From an uncultured Candidatus Rokubacteria bacterium (GTDB taxonomy: Bacteria; Methylomirabilota; Methylomirabilia; Rokubacteriales; CSP1-6), in assembly GCA_963747235.1 (NCBI GenBank), contig CAVVEU010000040.1, positions 288,001 to 352,000 on the forward strand: DNA of 64,000 nt. Reading direction: 5' to 3'. The first letter of the stretch is position 1. Every line of letters starts with the position of its first letter. A program made the position numbers and the translations under genes. Positions 51,840 through 62,082 of the stretch are shown here, one piece after another. The notes beneath the pieces are model-generated. The model had not been told where the DNA came from, made no database searches, and worked only from the letters and a program-made list of their open reading frames with translations.

Positions 51840-53290
51840 GCGCGCGCCCGGTGGATGGGAAAGGCGGGCGGGACGATCTGGTCCACGGTGGCGCCGTCCC
51901 ATCGCCAGCCCGGTACCCGGCTCCAGTAGTGCTGGGTGACCTCGCGCGCCTTCGCGTACACCGCGTCCTCGTCCACGCGCGTGGCCCGCCCACCCTGCAC
52001 CAGCACCTGGCCGTCCACGATGGCGGTGTCCACGTCACGCCCGGACGCCGAGTCCACCAGCGCCTTGATCGGATCCGCGTAGAGCGAGCCGCCGACGTGA
52101 TCCAGGTTGATCAGCAGGATGTCGGCCTTGGCGCCCGGGGCCAGGCGCCCCAGGTCCTCGCGCCCCAGGAAGCGGCAGCCCCCGACGGTGGCCGCGTTGA
52201 AGACGTCGCGGGCGAGGCCGGCCTGGTAGTTGGCGTCGGTGACCCTGGCCAGGATGGACGCCCACCGGAGCTCGGACACCATGTCGAGCGGATAGGTGTC
52301 GGTGCCCAGCGCCAGCGTCACGCCCGCGTCCAGATAGCGCTGGAAGGAGTGGAGCGTCATCGCCATCTTTGCGTACTTGTACGGGCAGTGGCCCACGGTG
52401 GACCCGCGCTCGGCCAGCACGGCCAGGTCGTCGCCGAACGGGTAGCGCGTCCAGTCGTGCGCGGTGGTGAAGACCGCGTGCCCGAGCAGGGTGCGGTCGT
52501 CGAGGAAGCCGATGTCGGCCAGGAAGCGGATCGGCGTCTTGCGGTACTCGTCCATGATGCGCTGGAACTCGACGAGGTTGCCGCCCGCGTGGGTGTGGAT
52601 CGGGGCGTTCTGCGCACGCGCCGCGTCCTTGCCGGCCCGCAGCAGCGGCTCGCTGCACGTCTCGACCTGGGCCGCGTTGAAGAGCACGCGCAGCCGGCCC
52701 CCGGCCGCGCCGTCGAACTTCCGCCCGAAGTCCACCGCCTCCTGCAGGCGCGAGCGGCCCACCGCGGCGTCCTCCTCGTAGTAGAGCCGGCCCTGCGCGT
52801 CCGTGTAGGTGTCGCGGTCGCGGAACGGCGGGCCACCGTAGACCCGGACGCCGAGATCGTCCACCAGACGCGCGTAGCCCTCCCAGTCGCCGCGCAGGCC
52901 GCCCACGTCGATGACGGTGGTGGTCCCGTTCTTCAGCGCGTGCAGGAAGGTGAAGGCGCGGATCGCCGCGGTGGGCTCGGCGGGGGGCGGCGTCATCTTG
53001 CCCTTGAGCGGCGCCGCGAAGGCCATGTAGTTGGCGGTGCGGTAGTCGTTCTTGGCCATGTCGAGCAGCAGGTAGTCACCCCCGCCGCCCGCGGTGTGCA
53101 CGTGGGTATTGATGAAGCCGGGCGAGACCAGCTTGCCACGCGCGGCGATCCTCGCGTCGGCCGTCCCCGTCCACGCGGGCCCCGCGTGCACGACCCGATC
53201 CCCCTCGAACACCACGCTCCCCTGCTCGTGCACCTCGTGGCTCTTCCCATTCCAGGCCACGACCCACCCACCCTCGATCACCGTCCGCAT
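51836..53290 (-). CDS. Amidohydrolase family (chlorohydrolase/deaminase-like)
   Basis: PGFINTHVH, IHTHA, LLGHA, ALGTDT, GRLAPGAKADI. Confidence 0.88.
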   Translation of the reverse strand: MRTVIEGGWVVAWNGKSHEVHEQGSVVFEGDRVVHAGPAWTGTADARIAARGKLVSPGFINTHVHTAGGGGDYLLLDMAKNDYRTANYMAFAAPLKGKMTPPPAEPTAAIRAFTFLHALKNGTTTVIDVGGLRGDWEGYARLVDDLGVRVYGGPPFRDRDTYTDAQGRLYYEEDAAVGRSRLQEAVDFGRKFDGAAGGRLRVLFNAAQVETCSEPLLRAGKDAARAQNAPIHTHAGGNLVEFQRIMDEYRKTPIRFLADIGFLDDRTLLGHAVFTTAHDWTRYPFGDDLAVLAERGSTVGHCPYKYAKMAMTLHSFQRYLDAGVTLALGTDTYPLDMVSELRWASILARVTDANYQAGLARDVFNAATVGGCRFLGREDLGRLAPGAKADILLINLDHVGGSLYADPIKALVDSASGRDVDTAIVDGQVLVQGGRATRVDEDAVYAKAREVTQHYWSRVPGWRWDGATVDQIVPPAFPIHRARA

Positions 53291-53498
53291 GGCCAAGCCC
53301 TCCGGCCCCGCATGCTAGCCCGGCCAAGGCTCACCCGCAATCAGGCCGGAGCACTTGACGGTGGAGGGTAACCGGGGCGTCGAGAAGGGTGCAGCTGCGA
53401 GGCGGCGCCCGAAGGCCGGGCGCGAAGCGTACTCCTGTACGTTGAGCGGGCAGTCGAGGGCGCCAACGAAGCAGACGGCCCCTTATCGGCGGCCCGGC

Positions 53499-54440
53499 CT
53501 AGGGGCGGACTATCTTGCTGTGGAGGATGCCGATCTGCTCGACTTCCGCCTCGAGCCGGTCTCCCGCCTTGAGGAAATTCCCGCTCGCCGCGCCGACACC
53601 CTCGGGCGTCCCGGTGGCGATGATGTCCCCGGGCAGGAGCGTCATGCCCTGCGAGAGCACCTCGATGCACTGCGCGACCGGGAAGATCATCTTGGACGTG
53701 TTGCTCGACTGGCGGACCTGGCCGTTGACCCGGAGCGAGATCGCGAGGGCCTGCGGGTCCGGGATCTCGTCGGCGGTGACCAGCACCGGGCCCATCGGGC
53801 AGAAGGTGTCGAGCGACTTGCCCTTGAACCACTGCTGGTGGCGCTTCTGCAGATCCCGCGCGGTCACGTCGTTGATGATGGTGTAGCCGAAGACGTGCTT
53901 GAGCGCTTCGGCGCGCGGGATGTCGCGCCCGCCGGTGCCGATCACCGCGGTGAGCTCGACCTCGTAGTCGAGCTCCTTGGTGATGGCGTGGTGCACCACG
54001 TCGTCGCCCGGCCCCACCACCGCGGTCGCGGGCTTGGTGAAGTACACCGGATGCTCGGGCGCGGCCGCGCCCCGCTCGGCGGCGTGGTCGGCGTAGTTGC
54101 GGCCGAGGCAGAAGACGTTGCGGGCCGGCGACGGGATCGGCGCGAGCAGCCGCACGCGCTTGGCCGGGTAGGCCAGCCGGCGCTGGGCCAGCTCCTCGGC
54201 GGCGGTCTGTCCCACGAGCCGCTGGCCGTACTCCCAGGCCTCGCGGGTGAGCGCCAGCACCGCCTCGCCGCCCTGCACGATCTCGAGGACGGTGCGGGGA
54301 AATCCGCCACGTCCCCGGCGCGCGGTGCCGCGCTGGGTCGCGAGCTCCTTGGCGAGGCCGGTGAGGTCGAGCACGTGCTCCTGCCAGAGCGCGCCCGGCT
54401 TGGGCTCGCCGCGCCCGCGCCGGAAGGTGACGAGCCGCAT
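53499..54440 (-). CDS. Fumarylacetoacetate hydrolase family protein
   Basis: CLGRNYADHA, LDYEVEL, NDVTARDLQ, KGKSLDTFCPMGP, GDIIATGTPEGVG. Confidence 0.93.
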   Translation of the reverse strand: MRLVTFRRGRGEPKPGALWQEHVLDLTGLAKELATQRGTARRGRGGFPRTVLEIVQGGEAVLALTREAWEYGQRLVGQTAAEELAQRRLAYPAKRVRLLAPIPSPARNVFCLGRNYADHAAERGAAAPEHPVYFTKPATAVVGPGDDVVHHAITKELDYEVELTAVIGTGGRDIPRAEALKHVFGYTIINDVTARDLQKRHQQWFKGKSLDTFCPMGPVLVTADEIPDPQALAISLRVNGQVRQSSNTSKMIFPVAQCIEVLSQGMTLLPGDIIATGTPEGVGAASGNFLKAGDRLEAEVEQIGILHSKIVRP

Positions 54441-54443
54441 GGC

Positions 54444-55448
54444 CTAGTGGCTCACCGCCACCGCGCCGCTGCGCGGCGGCAGCGGCTTGCCCGCGGCCTT
54501 GGCGATGTCCTCCAGCTCCCGGGGCAGACCGAAGCGCACGTCCTCCTCGACCACGTGGACCTCCTGCACGTTGGAGCCGCGCTGGCGCCGCAGCTCCTCC
54601 ACCACCTCGGTCACCAGGTGCTCGGGCGTGGAGGCGCCCGCGGTGACCCCGACGCGGTTGGCTCCCTCGAGCCACTCCGGCCGGATGTCGTTCTTGTCGT
54701 TGATCAGATAGGACGGCGTGCCCATGACGGTGGAGACCTCGACGAGGCGGTTGGCGTTCGAGCTGTTGGCCGCGCCGATGACCAGCAGCACGTCCACCGC
54801 GCCCGCGACCGTCTTCACCGCGGCCTGGCGGTTCTGGGTCGCGTAGCAGATGTCGTCCTTGGCGGGCCCGACGATCTTGGGGAAGCGGCGCCGCAGCGCC
54901 TCGATGCAGTCCCGGGTGTCGTCCACCGACAGCGTGGTCTGGGTGAGATAGGCCACCTTGTCGGGATCGGCCACCTTGAGCTTGTCCACGTCCTCCGGGT
55001 GGGCGATCAGGAACATGCGGTCCGGCGCCTCGCCCATGGTGCCCACCACCTCGTCGTGATCGGCGTGGCCGACCAGGATGATGGAGTAGCCCTCGCGCGC
55101 GTAGCGGACGGCCTCCAGATGCACCTTGGTGACGAGCGGGCACGTGGCGTCGATCACCCGCAGCCCGCGCCGGTGGGCCTCCGCGCGCACCGCGGGCGAG
55201 ATGCCGTGGGCGCTGAAGATCACGGTGGCGTCGTCCGGCACCTCGTCCAGCTCGTCCACGAAGTGGGCGCCCTTGGCCCGGAGGGCCTCGACCACGTGCC
55301 GGTTGTGCACGATCTCCTTGCGCACGTACACGGGAGGCGGGCACACCTGGAGCGCGAGCTCGACGATGTCGATGGCGCGGTCCACCCCGGCGCAGAAGCC
55401 CCGGGGGCCGGCCAGCACGATCTGTTGCAGCGGAAGCGGCGTGGTCAT
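54444..55448 (-). CDS. ispH: 4-hydroxy-3-methylbut-2-enyl diphosphate reductase
   Basis: PRGFCAGV, IVHN, SAHG, DATCPLV, QTTLS, ICYATQNRQ, SSN, AGASTP. Confidence 0.96.
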   Translation of the reverse strand: MTTPLPLQQIVLAGPRGFCAGVDRAIDIVELALQVCPPPVYVRKEIVHNRHVVEALRAKGAHFVDELDEVPDDATVIFSAHGISPAVRAEAHRRGLRVIDATCPLVTKVHLEAVRYAREGYSIILVGHADHDEVVGTMGEAPDRMFLIAHPEDVDKLKVADPDKVAYLTQTTLSVDDTRDCIEALRRRFPKIVGPAKDDICYATQNRQAAVKTVAGAVDVLLVIGAANSSNANRLVEVSTVMGTPSYLINDKNDIRPEWLEGANRVGVTAGASTPEHLVTEVVEELRRQRGSNVQEVHVVEEDVRFGLPRELEDIAKAAGKPLPPRSGAVAVSH

Positions 55449-55455
55449 CTTGCCC

Positions 55456-56040
55456 TCACTTGAAATAGAACGAAACACCGCCTATCCCCGAGTCGGAGTT
55501 GAACCCCCGGTTCGGGCTCGAGGTGTGTCCGTTCGAGATGTGCTGGAAACGATAGCCCAGATTCAACGCGACCGTGTCCGTGACGAAGTACGACAGCCCC
55601 GCCCCGGCCTCGACCACGAAGACGAACGTCGAGTCGATCTCCCTCACTTTGAGGCTCGTCCCCCCCGCTCCCGCCGTACCCTCGAGATACGGGACCAGCC
55701 GGCCGAAGCCAATCAGATGATACCGCATCGCGACCTTGATGCCCTGAGCGGTTGCCTCGTGCGGCGAGAGGTAGTACTGGAACCACCCCTCGATGCCCGG
55801 CTCGACCGCGCTCCGGAGGAGGCCGCTCCCGAAGGGGGAGAAGAACAGGTGGGACACCCGCGGGGTCGCGGTCAGGAACGAGATGTCGCTGACCGTCCGG
55901 TGGCCCTCGGCATTGTTGGCCGCGCCACCCCCGACCTGCACGCCGAAGATCGTGGTCCCCCGGGCGAACGTGGCGTCCGGGTCAAAAGCCGGCGCCGGGC
56001 GCGCCAGGGCCAGCACGGCCAAGGTGATCGCGGCCGCCAT
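55456..56040 (-). CDS. PagL-like (acyloxyacyl hydrolase) outer-membrane beta-barrel
   Basis: Signal peptide, PYLEG..G, GYRFQHISNG...NRGFN, C-terminal aromatic SFYFK. Confidence 0.85.
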   Translation of the reverse strand: MAAAITLAVLALARPAPAFDPDATFARGTTIFGVQVGGGAANNAEGHRTVSDISFLTATPRVSHLFFSPFGSGLLRSAVEPGIEGWFQYYLSPHEATAQGIKVAMRYHLIGFGRLVPYLEGTAGAGGTSLKVREIDSTFVFVVEAGAGLSYFVTDTVALNLGYRFQHISNGHTSSPNRGFNSDSGIGGVSFYFK

Positions 56041-56070
56041 CGCCCGTGCGTGTCCGGTTCGTGCTTGTCC

Positions 56071-57102
56071 TCATTGCCAGGGGTCCACCAGCACCTTCAT
56101 GGTCTCACCACGCTCCATCAGGGCCAGCGCTTCTTTCACCTGCCCCAGCCCCATGCGATGAGTCAGCAGCCCCGAAGGCTCGATCGCCTTCGATTCAAGG
56201 AGTTCCACCGCGCGTCGGATCATGGCCGGGGTGTGGTGGAAGGCGCCCACCAGCGTGAGCTCTTCGTAGTGCGCCCGACGCGTGTCCACCCGCACCGAGG
56301 TGCCTGGCGCGCAGCCACCAAACAGTAGCACGGTGCCTCCGCGGCCCACGCCATCGATGGCTTGCTCCCAGACCTCCGGCCGGCCGGTCGCGTCCACGGT
56401 GACGTCGGGCCCCGGCCCGCCCGTCAGCCCCCGCAGGTGCTCCACCATGTCCGGGACGGAGAGGGCGTCCACGCAGGTGCCCAGTCCCAGCTCGCGGACC
56501 CGGTCCAGGCGCCAGCCCGCCTTGCCCACGATGACCACCCGGGCCCCGCGCTGCCGGGCCGCCAGGGCCAGCAGGCAGCCCAGGGGACCGTGGCCCCAGA
56601 TCGCCACGGTCATGCCGGCCTCGACCCGGCCCCGCTCGACCCCAAGCAGGGCACAGGCCAGCGGCTCGGCGAAGGCGGCGCTCGAGGCGGCCAGCCCGGG
56701 CCCGATCGGCACCACGTTCCGGGCGACCAGGCGCGGGGGCAGCGCGATGTACTGGCCGTAGGCCCCGTTGACGAAGAGGAGGTCCTCGCAGAGGTTCGGT
56801 CGGCCGGCCGCGCAGAGGCGGCACCGGCCGCACGGCGCCGAGTTGGCGGCGACGATCCGGTCGCCTTCCTTCGCGCCGGGAGCGCCGCGCCCCACCGCGG
56901 TGACCACGCCGGCCAGCTCGTGGCCGAACACGGTGGGCACGTGCGGGATCATCACGGGATGGCCGCGGCGCAGGGTCTTGACGTCGGTGCCGCAGGTGAG
57001 CGCCGCGTCCACCCGCACCACGAGGCCGCCCGGCTCGGGCTCGGGCACCGGGAGCTCCTCGAAGCGGAGATCGCCCGGGCCATGGAACACCTGGGCCCGC
57101 AT
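56071..57102 (-). CDS. Zn-dependent MDR alcohol/polyol dehydrogenase
   Basis: TCGTD, GHELAG, CGRCRLC...LC, EPLAC, GHGPLG. Confidence 0.9.
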   Translation of the reverse strand: MRAQVFHGPGDLRFEELPVPEPEPGGLVVRVDAALTCGTDVKTLRRGHPVMIPHVPTVFGHELAGVVTAVGRGAPGAKEGDRIVAANSAPCGRCRLCAAGRPNLCEDLLFVNGAYGQYIALPPRLVARNVVPIGPGLAASSAAFAEPLACALLGVERGRVEAGMTVAIWGHGPLGCLLALAARQRGARVVIVGKAGWRLDRVRELGLGTCVDALSVPDMVEHLRGLTGGPGPDVTVDATGRPEVWEQAIDGVGRGGTVLLFGGCAPGTSVRVDTRRAHYEELTLVGAFHHTPAMIRRAVELLESKAIEPSGLLTHRMGLGQVKEALALMERGETMKVLVDPWQ

Positions 57103-57104
57103 GG

Positions 57105-58109
57105 CTACGGGATCACGTAGACCTTCACCGCCTCGTGGCGGCGCATCAGCTCCACACCTTCGCCCAGGCGCCCGAGCGGGAGCCGGTGGCTGATGAGGCC
57201 ATCCACCCGGATCCGGTCCCCCGCCAGCAGCGCGAAGGCCTCCTCGAGCTCGGCGGGCGAGGACGAATAGGTGGCGGTGAGGGTCAGCTCGCGATGGTAG
57301 AGCGCGCCCAGCGACAACGGCAGGCTGTCCCCCGCCCCGCCCGCGAAGTAGTGCAGCGTCCCGCCGTCGCGCACGCGCGCGGCCGCGGCGGGCAGCACGG
57401 CCGCGCCACCCGCGGTGACGATCACCAGGTCGGCGCCGCGCCCCTCGGTGGCCTCGCGCAGCGCCGCGTCCAGCGCCGGGTCGGCCTCGAAGACCCGCGC
57501 GCCCATGCGGCGCCCCAGCGCGCGGCGCGGCTCGAGCAGGTCGGAGGCGAACACCCGCGCGCCCTCGAGCGCCAGGAGCTGCGCGAGCAGGCAGCCGATC
57601 GAGCCCAGGCCCACCACGAGCGCGGTGTCACCCGCGGCCACGCGGCTGCGCTTCACCGCGCGCAGGCAGCAGGCCAGCGGCTCGGTGAAGGACGCGGTCT
57701 CCTCGGTCATCTCCGCGGGCAGGCGGAAGGCGGCGTGCTCCACGTTGGGCGCGGGCACGCGCACCCGCTCCGCGAAGCCGCCCGGATCGAGATTGACGCG
57801 CTTGAAGTGCCGGCACATGGACGGGCTGCCGCGCCGGCAGTAGTGGCAGTGAAAGCACGGCACGTGATGGGCGACGACGAGCCGGTCGCCCGGCGCGAAG
57901 CGCCGTACGCCGGCCCCGACCTCCAAGACCTGGCCCACCACCTCGTGGCCGAGGACGGCCGGCCCGGGCGCGGCCGCGTTGATCTTGAGGATGTCGGACC
58001 CGCAGAGCCCGCAGCCGCTCACGCGCAGCAGGAGCTCGCCGGGGCCCGGGACCGGCTCGGGCCACTCGCGCAGCTCGATGGCGCCCGCGTCGCAGACCGC
58101 GGCCTTCAC
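57105..58109 (-). CDS. Zn-dependent MDR alcohol/polyol dehydrogenase (L-iditol DH-like)
   Basis: LCGSD, GHEVVG, HHVPCFHCHYC...MC, EPLACC, GLGSIG; GTGA overlap with hpnD. Confidence 0.9.
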   Translation of the reverse strand: MKAAVCDAGAIELREWPEPVPGPGELLLRVSGCGLCGSDILKINAAAPGPAVLGHEVVGQVLEVGAGVRRFAPGDRLVVAHHVPCFHCHYCRRGSPSMCRHFKRVNLDPGGFAERVRVPAPNVEHAAFRLPAEMTEETASFTEPLACCLRAVKRSRVAAGDTALVVGLGSIGCLLAQLLALEGARVFASDLLEPRRALGRRMGARVFEADPALDAALREATEGRGADLVIVTAGGAAVLPAAAARVRDGGTLHYFAGGAGDSLPLSLGALYHRELTLTATYSSSPAELEEAFALLAGDRIRVDGLISHRLPLGRLGEGVELMRRHEAVKVYVIP

Positions 58110-58954
58110 GAGGTGGCCAGGCGGGCGCCGAGCCAGCCGCGGAAGGCGATGGCGAGGCGGCGCGGCGTGGACAGGGTCACGCGACGGGCGAAGACGTCGA
58201 AGCGGCGCGCCTCGATCGCCCGGAGCAGCGCGAAGTAGGTACGTCCCATGATCTCGGCCGCGAACAGCCGACGCGCGTCCGCCGCGGGCAGCGCCGCCCA
58301 CGCGCGCGCGTAGTACTCGTGGGCGCGGGCCGCCTCGAAGGTCATGAGCTGGACGAACCCGGGCGTGTACCGGCCCTGGGCCAGATCCTCCGCGGTCACG
58401 CCGAAGCGCCGCAGGTCCGCCTGGGGGAGGTAGACGCGCCCGATGCGCGCGTCCACCTGGACGTCCCGGAGGATGTTGGTGATCTGGAGCGCGACGCCCA
58501 GGTTCACCGCGTACTCGCGCGCCCGCGGGTCCGAGTAGCCGAAGATCTCGATGCAGCAGAGACCCACCGCGGAGGCCACGCGATAGCAGTAGGGATAGAG
58601 CGCGTCGAAGGTCTCGTAGGTGGGATGGTCCATGTCCATCTCCACCCCCGCGATGATCTCCTCGAGCGCGGCGCGCGGGATCGGGAAGCGGCGCACCGCC
58701 ACCTGGAGCCGCTGGCCGGCCGGATGCTCGGGCCGCCCCTCGTAGACGCGCGCGATCTCCTCGCGCCAGCGCCCGAGCTCCGCGCGCTGCTTCTCGCGGT
58801 CCGACACCTCGTCCACCGCGTCGTCCACGATACGGCAGAAGGCATAGCAGGCGTAGATGGCCTCGCGCTGGGCCCGCGGCAGGCAGAGGAACGCGTAGAA
58901 GAAGTTCGAGCGGCTCTTGCGGGTGAGGCGCGAGACGAACTGGTGCGCGTTCAT
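58106..58954 (-). CDS. hpnD: Presqualene diphosphate synthase
   Basis: SNFFYAF, YAFCRIVDDAVD, YCYRVASAVG, LQITNILRDV, GRVYLP; hopanoid context. Confidence 0.88.
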   Translation of the reverse strand: MNAHQFVSRLTRKSRSNFFYAFLCLPRAQREAIYACYAFCRIVDDAVDEVSDREKQRAELGRWREEIARVYEGRPEHPAGQRLQVAVRRFPIPRAALEEIIAGVEMDMDHPTYETFDALYPYCYRVASAVGLCCIEIFGYSDPRAREYAVNLGVALQITNILRDVQVDARIGRVYLPQADLRRFGVTAEDLAQGRYTPGFVQLMTFEAARAHEYYARAWAALPAADARRLFAAEIMGRTYFALLRAIEARRFDVFARRVTLSTPRRLAIAFRGWLGARLATS

Positions 58955-59992
58955 CTGATATGCGGGGGCCCAGAAATGGCCCCCGCACTCCCCCGATTCC
59001 GTTTGGCGTTCGCATAACCGCGGGCGGTGAACCAAGCAACCGCGTCCTTCAGGGCGGTCTCCGCCGGGGTCTGCGGCAGGCCCAGTTCGCGGATGGCCTT
59101 GTCGGCGCTGAAGTACATGCGCTTGCGGGCCATGCGGACCGCGGTGAGGGGGACGGCGGGCGGGCGGCGCGTGATCAGGGACGACGCCTTCCATCGCCGC
59201 CGCGGCCATCCACGCGACCGCGTAGGGGACGCGGAAGCGGGGGGCGGGCACGCCGGTCAGCGTCGAGAGCATCTGGAAGATCTCGAGGAGAGACAGGTTG
59301 CGGTGGCCCAGGATGTAGCGCTCGCCCACCCGGCCCTTCTCGGCGGCCAGGATGTGACCGCGGGCGACATCGCGCACGTGGACCACGTTGAGCCCGGTGT
59401 CCACCGAGCCGACCATCTTGCCGTTGAGGAAGTCCACGATCATCTGCCCGGTCGGGGTGGGCTTGACGTCCCACGGGCCGATCGGCGCCGACGGGTTGAC
59501 GATGATCACCGGCGCGCCGCGCGCCGCCCATTCGTCGGCCACGCGCTCGGCCAGGAACTTGGACGCCTTGTAGGCGCCCACCATGTCCGCGAGCGACACC
59601 GGCGTCGTCTCGTCGCCCGGCGTGCCGTCCTTGGGAATGCCGACCGCGCCCACCGTCGACGTGTAGACGATGCGCTCGGCGCCCGCCTCGGCCGCCGCGG
59701 CCAGCAGGTGCCGCGTGCCGTCCACGTTCGCGCGGTAGAGCACCTTCAAGTCCGGCGCCCAGAGCCGGTAGTCGGCGGCCACGTGGTAGACGTGACGGGC
59801 GCCGGCCACCGCGACGCGGAGCGAGCGCTCATCCAGCAGATCGCCCTCGACGATGTCCACCGCGCAGCCCTCGAGCGCGCGCCGGTCGCCGCCGGGCCGC
59901 GCCAGGACGCGCACCGTGTGGCCGTCCGCGAGGAGCTCGCGGACCAGGTTGGCCCCCACGAACCCGGTGCCGCCGGTGACGAGGACGTTCAC
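58951..59992 (-). CDS. hpnA: Hopanoid-associated NAD-dependent epimerase/dehydratase; frameshift near 59185
   Basis: TGGTGFVG, HVAADYRLW, YKASK, DVKPTPTG, MYFSADKAIRELG. Confidence 0.9.
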
Positions 59993-60705
59993 GGCCGCGA
60001 AGCGGCCGCGAGCCCGGCGAGCACCCGCGCGACCGCGGTGAGCGCGCGCCGGGTGGCCTGGCCCAGGGCCAGGGCGCGCGGCAGCAGGCGCGGCCGCGTG
60101 ACCGTCAGCGCCAGCGCGCGCACCGGGCGCAGCTTGCCCGCCGGTGTCATCAGCCCGATGAGCTCGAGGGGCACGCTCTCGCTCGCCGCGTCCGACACGC
60201 CGCGCACGACCAGCGTCGGGCAGCCCGCGGCCGCCGCGTGGGCGAGGATGACGGCCGACTCCATGTCCACCGCCACCGCGCCGCTGCTCGCGAAGAGCGC
60301 GGACTTGGCCTCGGCCGTCGCCACCACCTCGCGCGAGGTCACGAGCGTGCCGCCGCGCGCGGTGCCGGCCAGGAGGATGGCCTGCCGGTGCGGCGTGGGC
60401 GTCACGTTGAGCCGCTCGCCGCTGGGCCCGAGCACGCTCTCGGGCAGGACCAGATCGCCCGCGCTCAGATCGGGCGCGAGGCCCCCGCAGACGCCGCCCG
60501 AGACCACGAGCGGATAGTTGAAGCCGGCGAGGAGCCGCGGCCAGCGCGAGACGAGGAGACCGGCCCGGAGGCCGACCGGAGCGACCCGGAGCAGCCCGCG
60601 ACCGAAGGCGGGAAAGGGCAGCACGGTGATGGGCGGGAGCTCGAGCCGGCGGGCCAGGACCCGCGCCTCGAGCTCAACCGCGGTGAGGATCAGGATCCCG
60701 GACAC
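59989..60705 (-). CDS. hpnG: Hopanoid-associated nucleoside phosphorylase/nucleosidase
   Basis: SGGVCGGL, AVDMESA, VVRGVSD; located near hpnH. Confidence 0.82.
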   Translation of the reverse strand: MSGILILTAVELEARVLARRLELPPITVLPFPAFGRGLLRVAPVGLRAGLLVSRWPRLLAGFNYPLVVSGGVCGGLAPDLSAGDLVLPESVLGPSGERLNVTPTPHRQAILLAGTARGGTLVTSREVVATAEAKSALFASSGAVAVDMESAVILAHAAAAGCPTLVVRGVSDAASESVPLELIGLMTPAGKLRPVRALALTVTRPRLLPRALALGQATRRALTAVARVLAGLAAASRP

Positions 60706-61033
60706 TCCCGGCGGCCGCGCCCTTCTCGGCCTTCTCCCGCTCCTTGCGCTCGAGCCACGCCCGCCAGCTATTCCCGGCCGCGGTGTCCTTGCCGGAGAAC
60801 TTGATGTTGGCGATCTCGGCGTAGCGGAGCGTGATGGGTCCCTCGCCGCTCTCGTCGAAGTACTCGAGGAAGGGCTCGGGCCCGTAGGTGTTGCGGTTGA
60901 AGATGTACCCGACCACCTCGGTGCCGTCGGTCCGGACGATCGTGGTGTTGCCCCGGTAGTCGAAGGCGAACTCCACCACTTCCGCCAGCGTGAGGTACTG
61001 CCCGACGTCGGGCACCCAGCCCTCGAGGGTCAC
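60674..61033 (-). CDS. Hypothetical protein in the hopanoid cluster
   Basis: Ordinary globular composition (AFDYRGNTT, GYIFNR, FSGKDTAAG.SW..W); tightly packed between hpnH and hpnG. Confidence 0.75.
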   Translation of the reverse strand: MTLEGWVPDVGQYLTLAEVVEFAFDYRGNTTIVRTDGTEVVGYIFNRNTYGPEPFLEYFDESGEGPITLRYAEIANIKFSGKDTAAGNSWRAWLERKEREKAEKGAAAGSVRDPDPHRG

Positions 61034-61043
61034 GCGGCGCCCC

Positions 61044-62060
61044 CTACAGCTTGCCGGTCAGCGTGACCCCGACCGTTTCCACGAAGCCCTTCATCGAGCT
61101 GAACGTGTAGTCCACGGCCGTGGCCTCGTACCCGCAGTGCACCATGCAGTCCCGGCACTTCTCGTTGCCGCTCTTCTTGCCGTAGTTCTCCCAGGGGGTG
61201 GTGTCCATCAGCTCCCGGAAGGTCTTCGTGTACCCCTCTTGCAGCAGGTAGCACGGGCGCTGCCACCCGAACATGTTGTAGGTCGGGTTGCCCCACGGGG
61301 TGCACTCGAAGTCGTGCTTGCCCATCAGGAACCGGAGGAAGAGCGGCGACTGGTTGAACCGCCAGCGCTTCTTCGGCTGCGAGAGCATCTTGGTGAAGAG
61401 CTCGTGGGTGCGGGACTGCAGCAGGAAGTGCTCCTGGTCGGGCGCCTTCGAGTAGCTGTAGCCCGGGGAGATCATCATGCCCTCGACGCCCAGGGTCATC
61501 ATCTCGTCGAAGAACTCGCGCATCCGCAGCGGCGAGGCCCCGTCGAAGAGCGTGCTGTTCGTCGTCACCCGGAAGCCGCGCGCCACCGCTTCCCGGATCG
61601 CGGGGACCGCCTGGTCGTAGACGCCGTCGCGGCACACCGCCTCGTCGTGCTCCTCGCGCAGGCCGTCCATGTGGACGCTGAACGAGAGGTACTTCGACGG
61701 GGTGAAGAGGTCGAGCTTCTCCTTCAGCAGGATGGCGTTGGTGCACAGATACACGTACTTCTTCCGCTTCACCAGCTCCGCCACCAGACGATCGATCTCC
61801 GGGTACATGAGCGGCTCGCCGCCCGGGATGCTGACCATCGGCGCCCCGCACTCCTCCACCGCGGCGAGGCACTTCTCGACGCTCAGGTGCTTGCGGAGGA
61901 TCTGGGCCGGATACTGGATCTTGCCGCACCCCGCGCAGGCCAGGTTGCAGCGGAAGAGCGGCTCGAGCATCAGAACGAGCGGATAGCGCTTGCGCCCGGC
62001 CAGCTTCTGGCGCAGGACGTACGTCGCCACCGTCCACATCTGAGACACCGGAACGCCCAT
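61044..62060 (-). CDS. hpnH: Adenosylhopane synthase, radical SAM
   Basis: LMLEPLFRCNLACAGCGKIQYP, SIPGGEPL, CTPWGNPT, CMVHCGYE. Confidence 0.96.
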   Translation of the reverse strand: MGVPVSQMWTVATYVLRQKLAGRKRYPLVLMLEPLFRCNLACAGCGKIQYPAQILRKHLSVEKCLAAVEECGAPMVSIPGGEPLMYPEIDRLVAELVKRKKYVYLCTNAILLKEKLDLFTPSKYLSFSVHMDGLREEHDEAVCRDGVYDQAVPAIREAVARGFRVTTNSTLFDGASPLRMREFFDEMMTLGVEGMMISPGYSYSKAPDQEHFLLQSRTHELFTKMLSQPKKRWRFNQSPLFLRFLMGKHDFECTPWGNPTYNMFGWQRPCYLLQEGYTKTFRELMDTTPWENYGKKSGNEKCRDCMVHCGYEATAVDYTFSSMKGFVETVGVTLTGKL

Positions 62061-62082
62061 AGGTGACGGACCCTTTCGTCCT

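Noticed and set aside
58106-59992. 628-aa HpnA-HpnD fusion
   Set aside because: The genuine HpnA C-terminus is in ORF 58951..59133, which stops at an ATGA overlap with hpnD.
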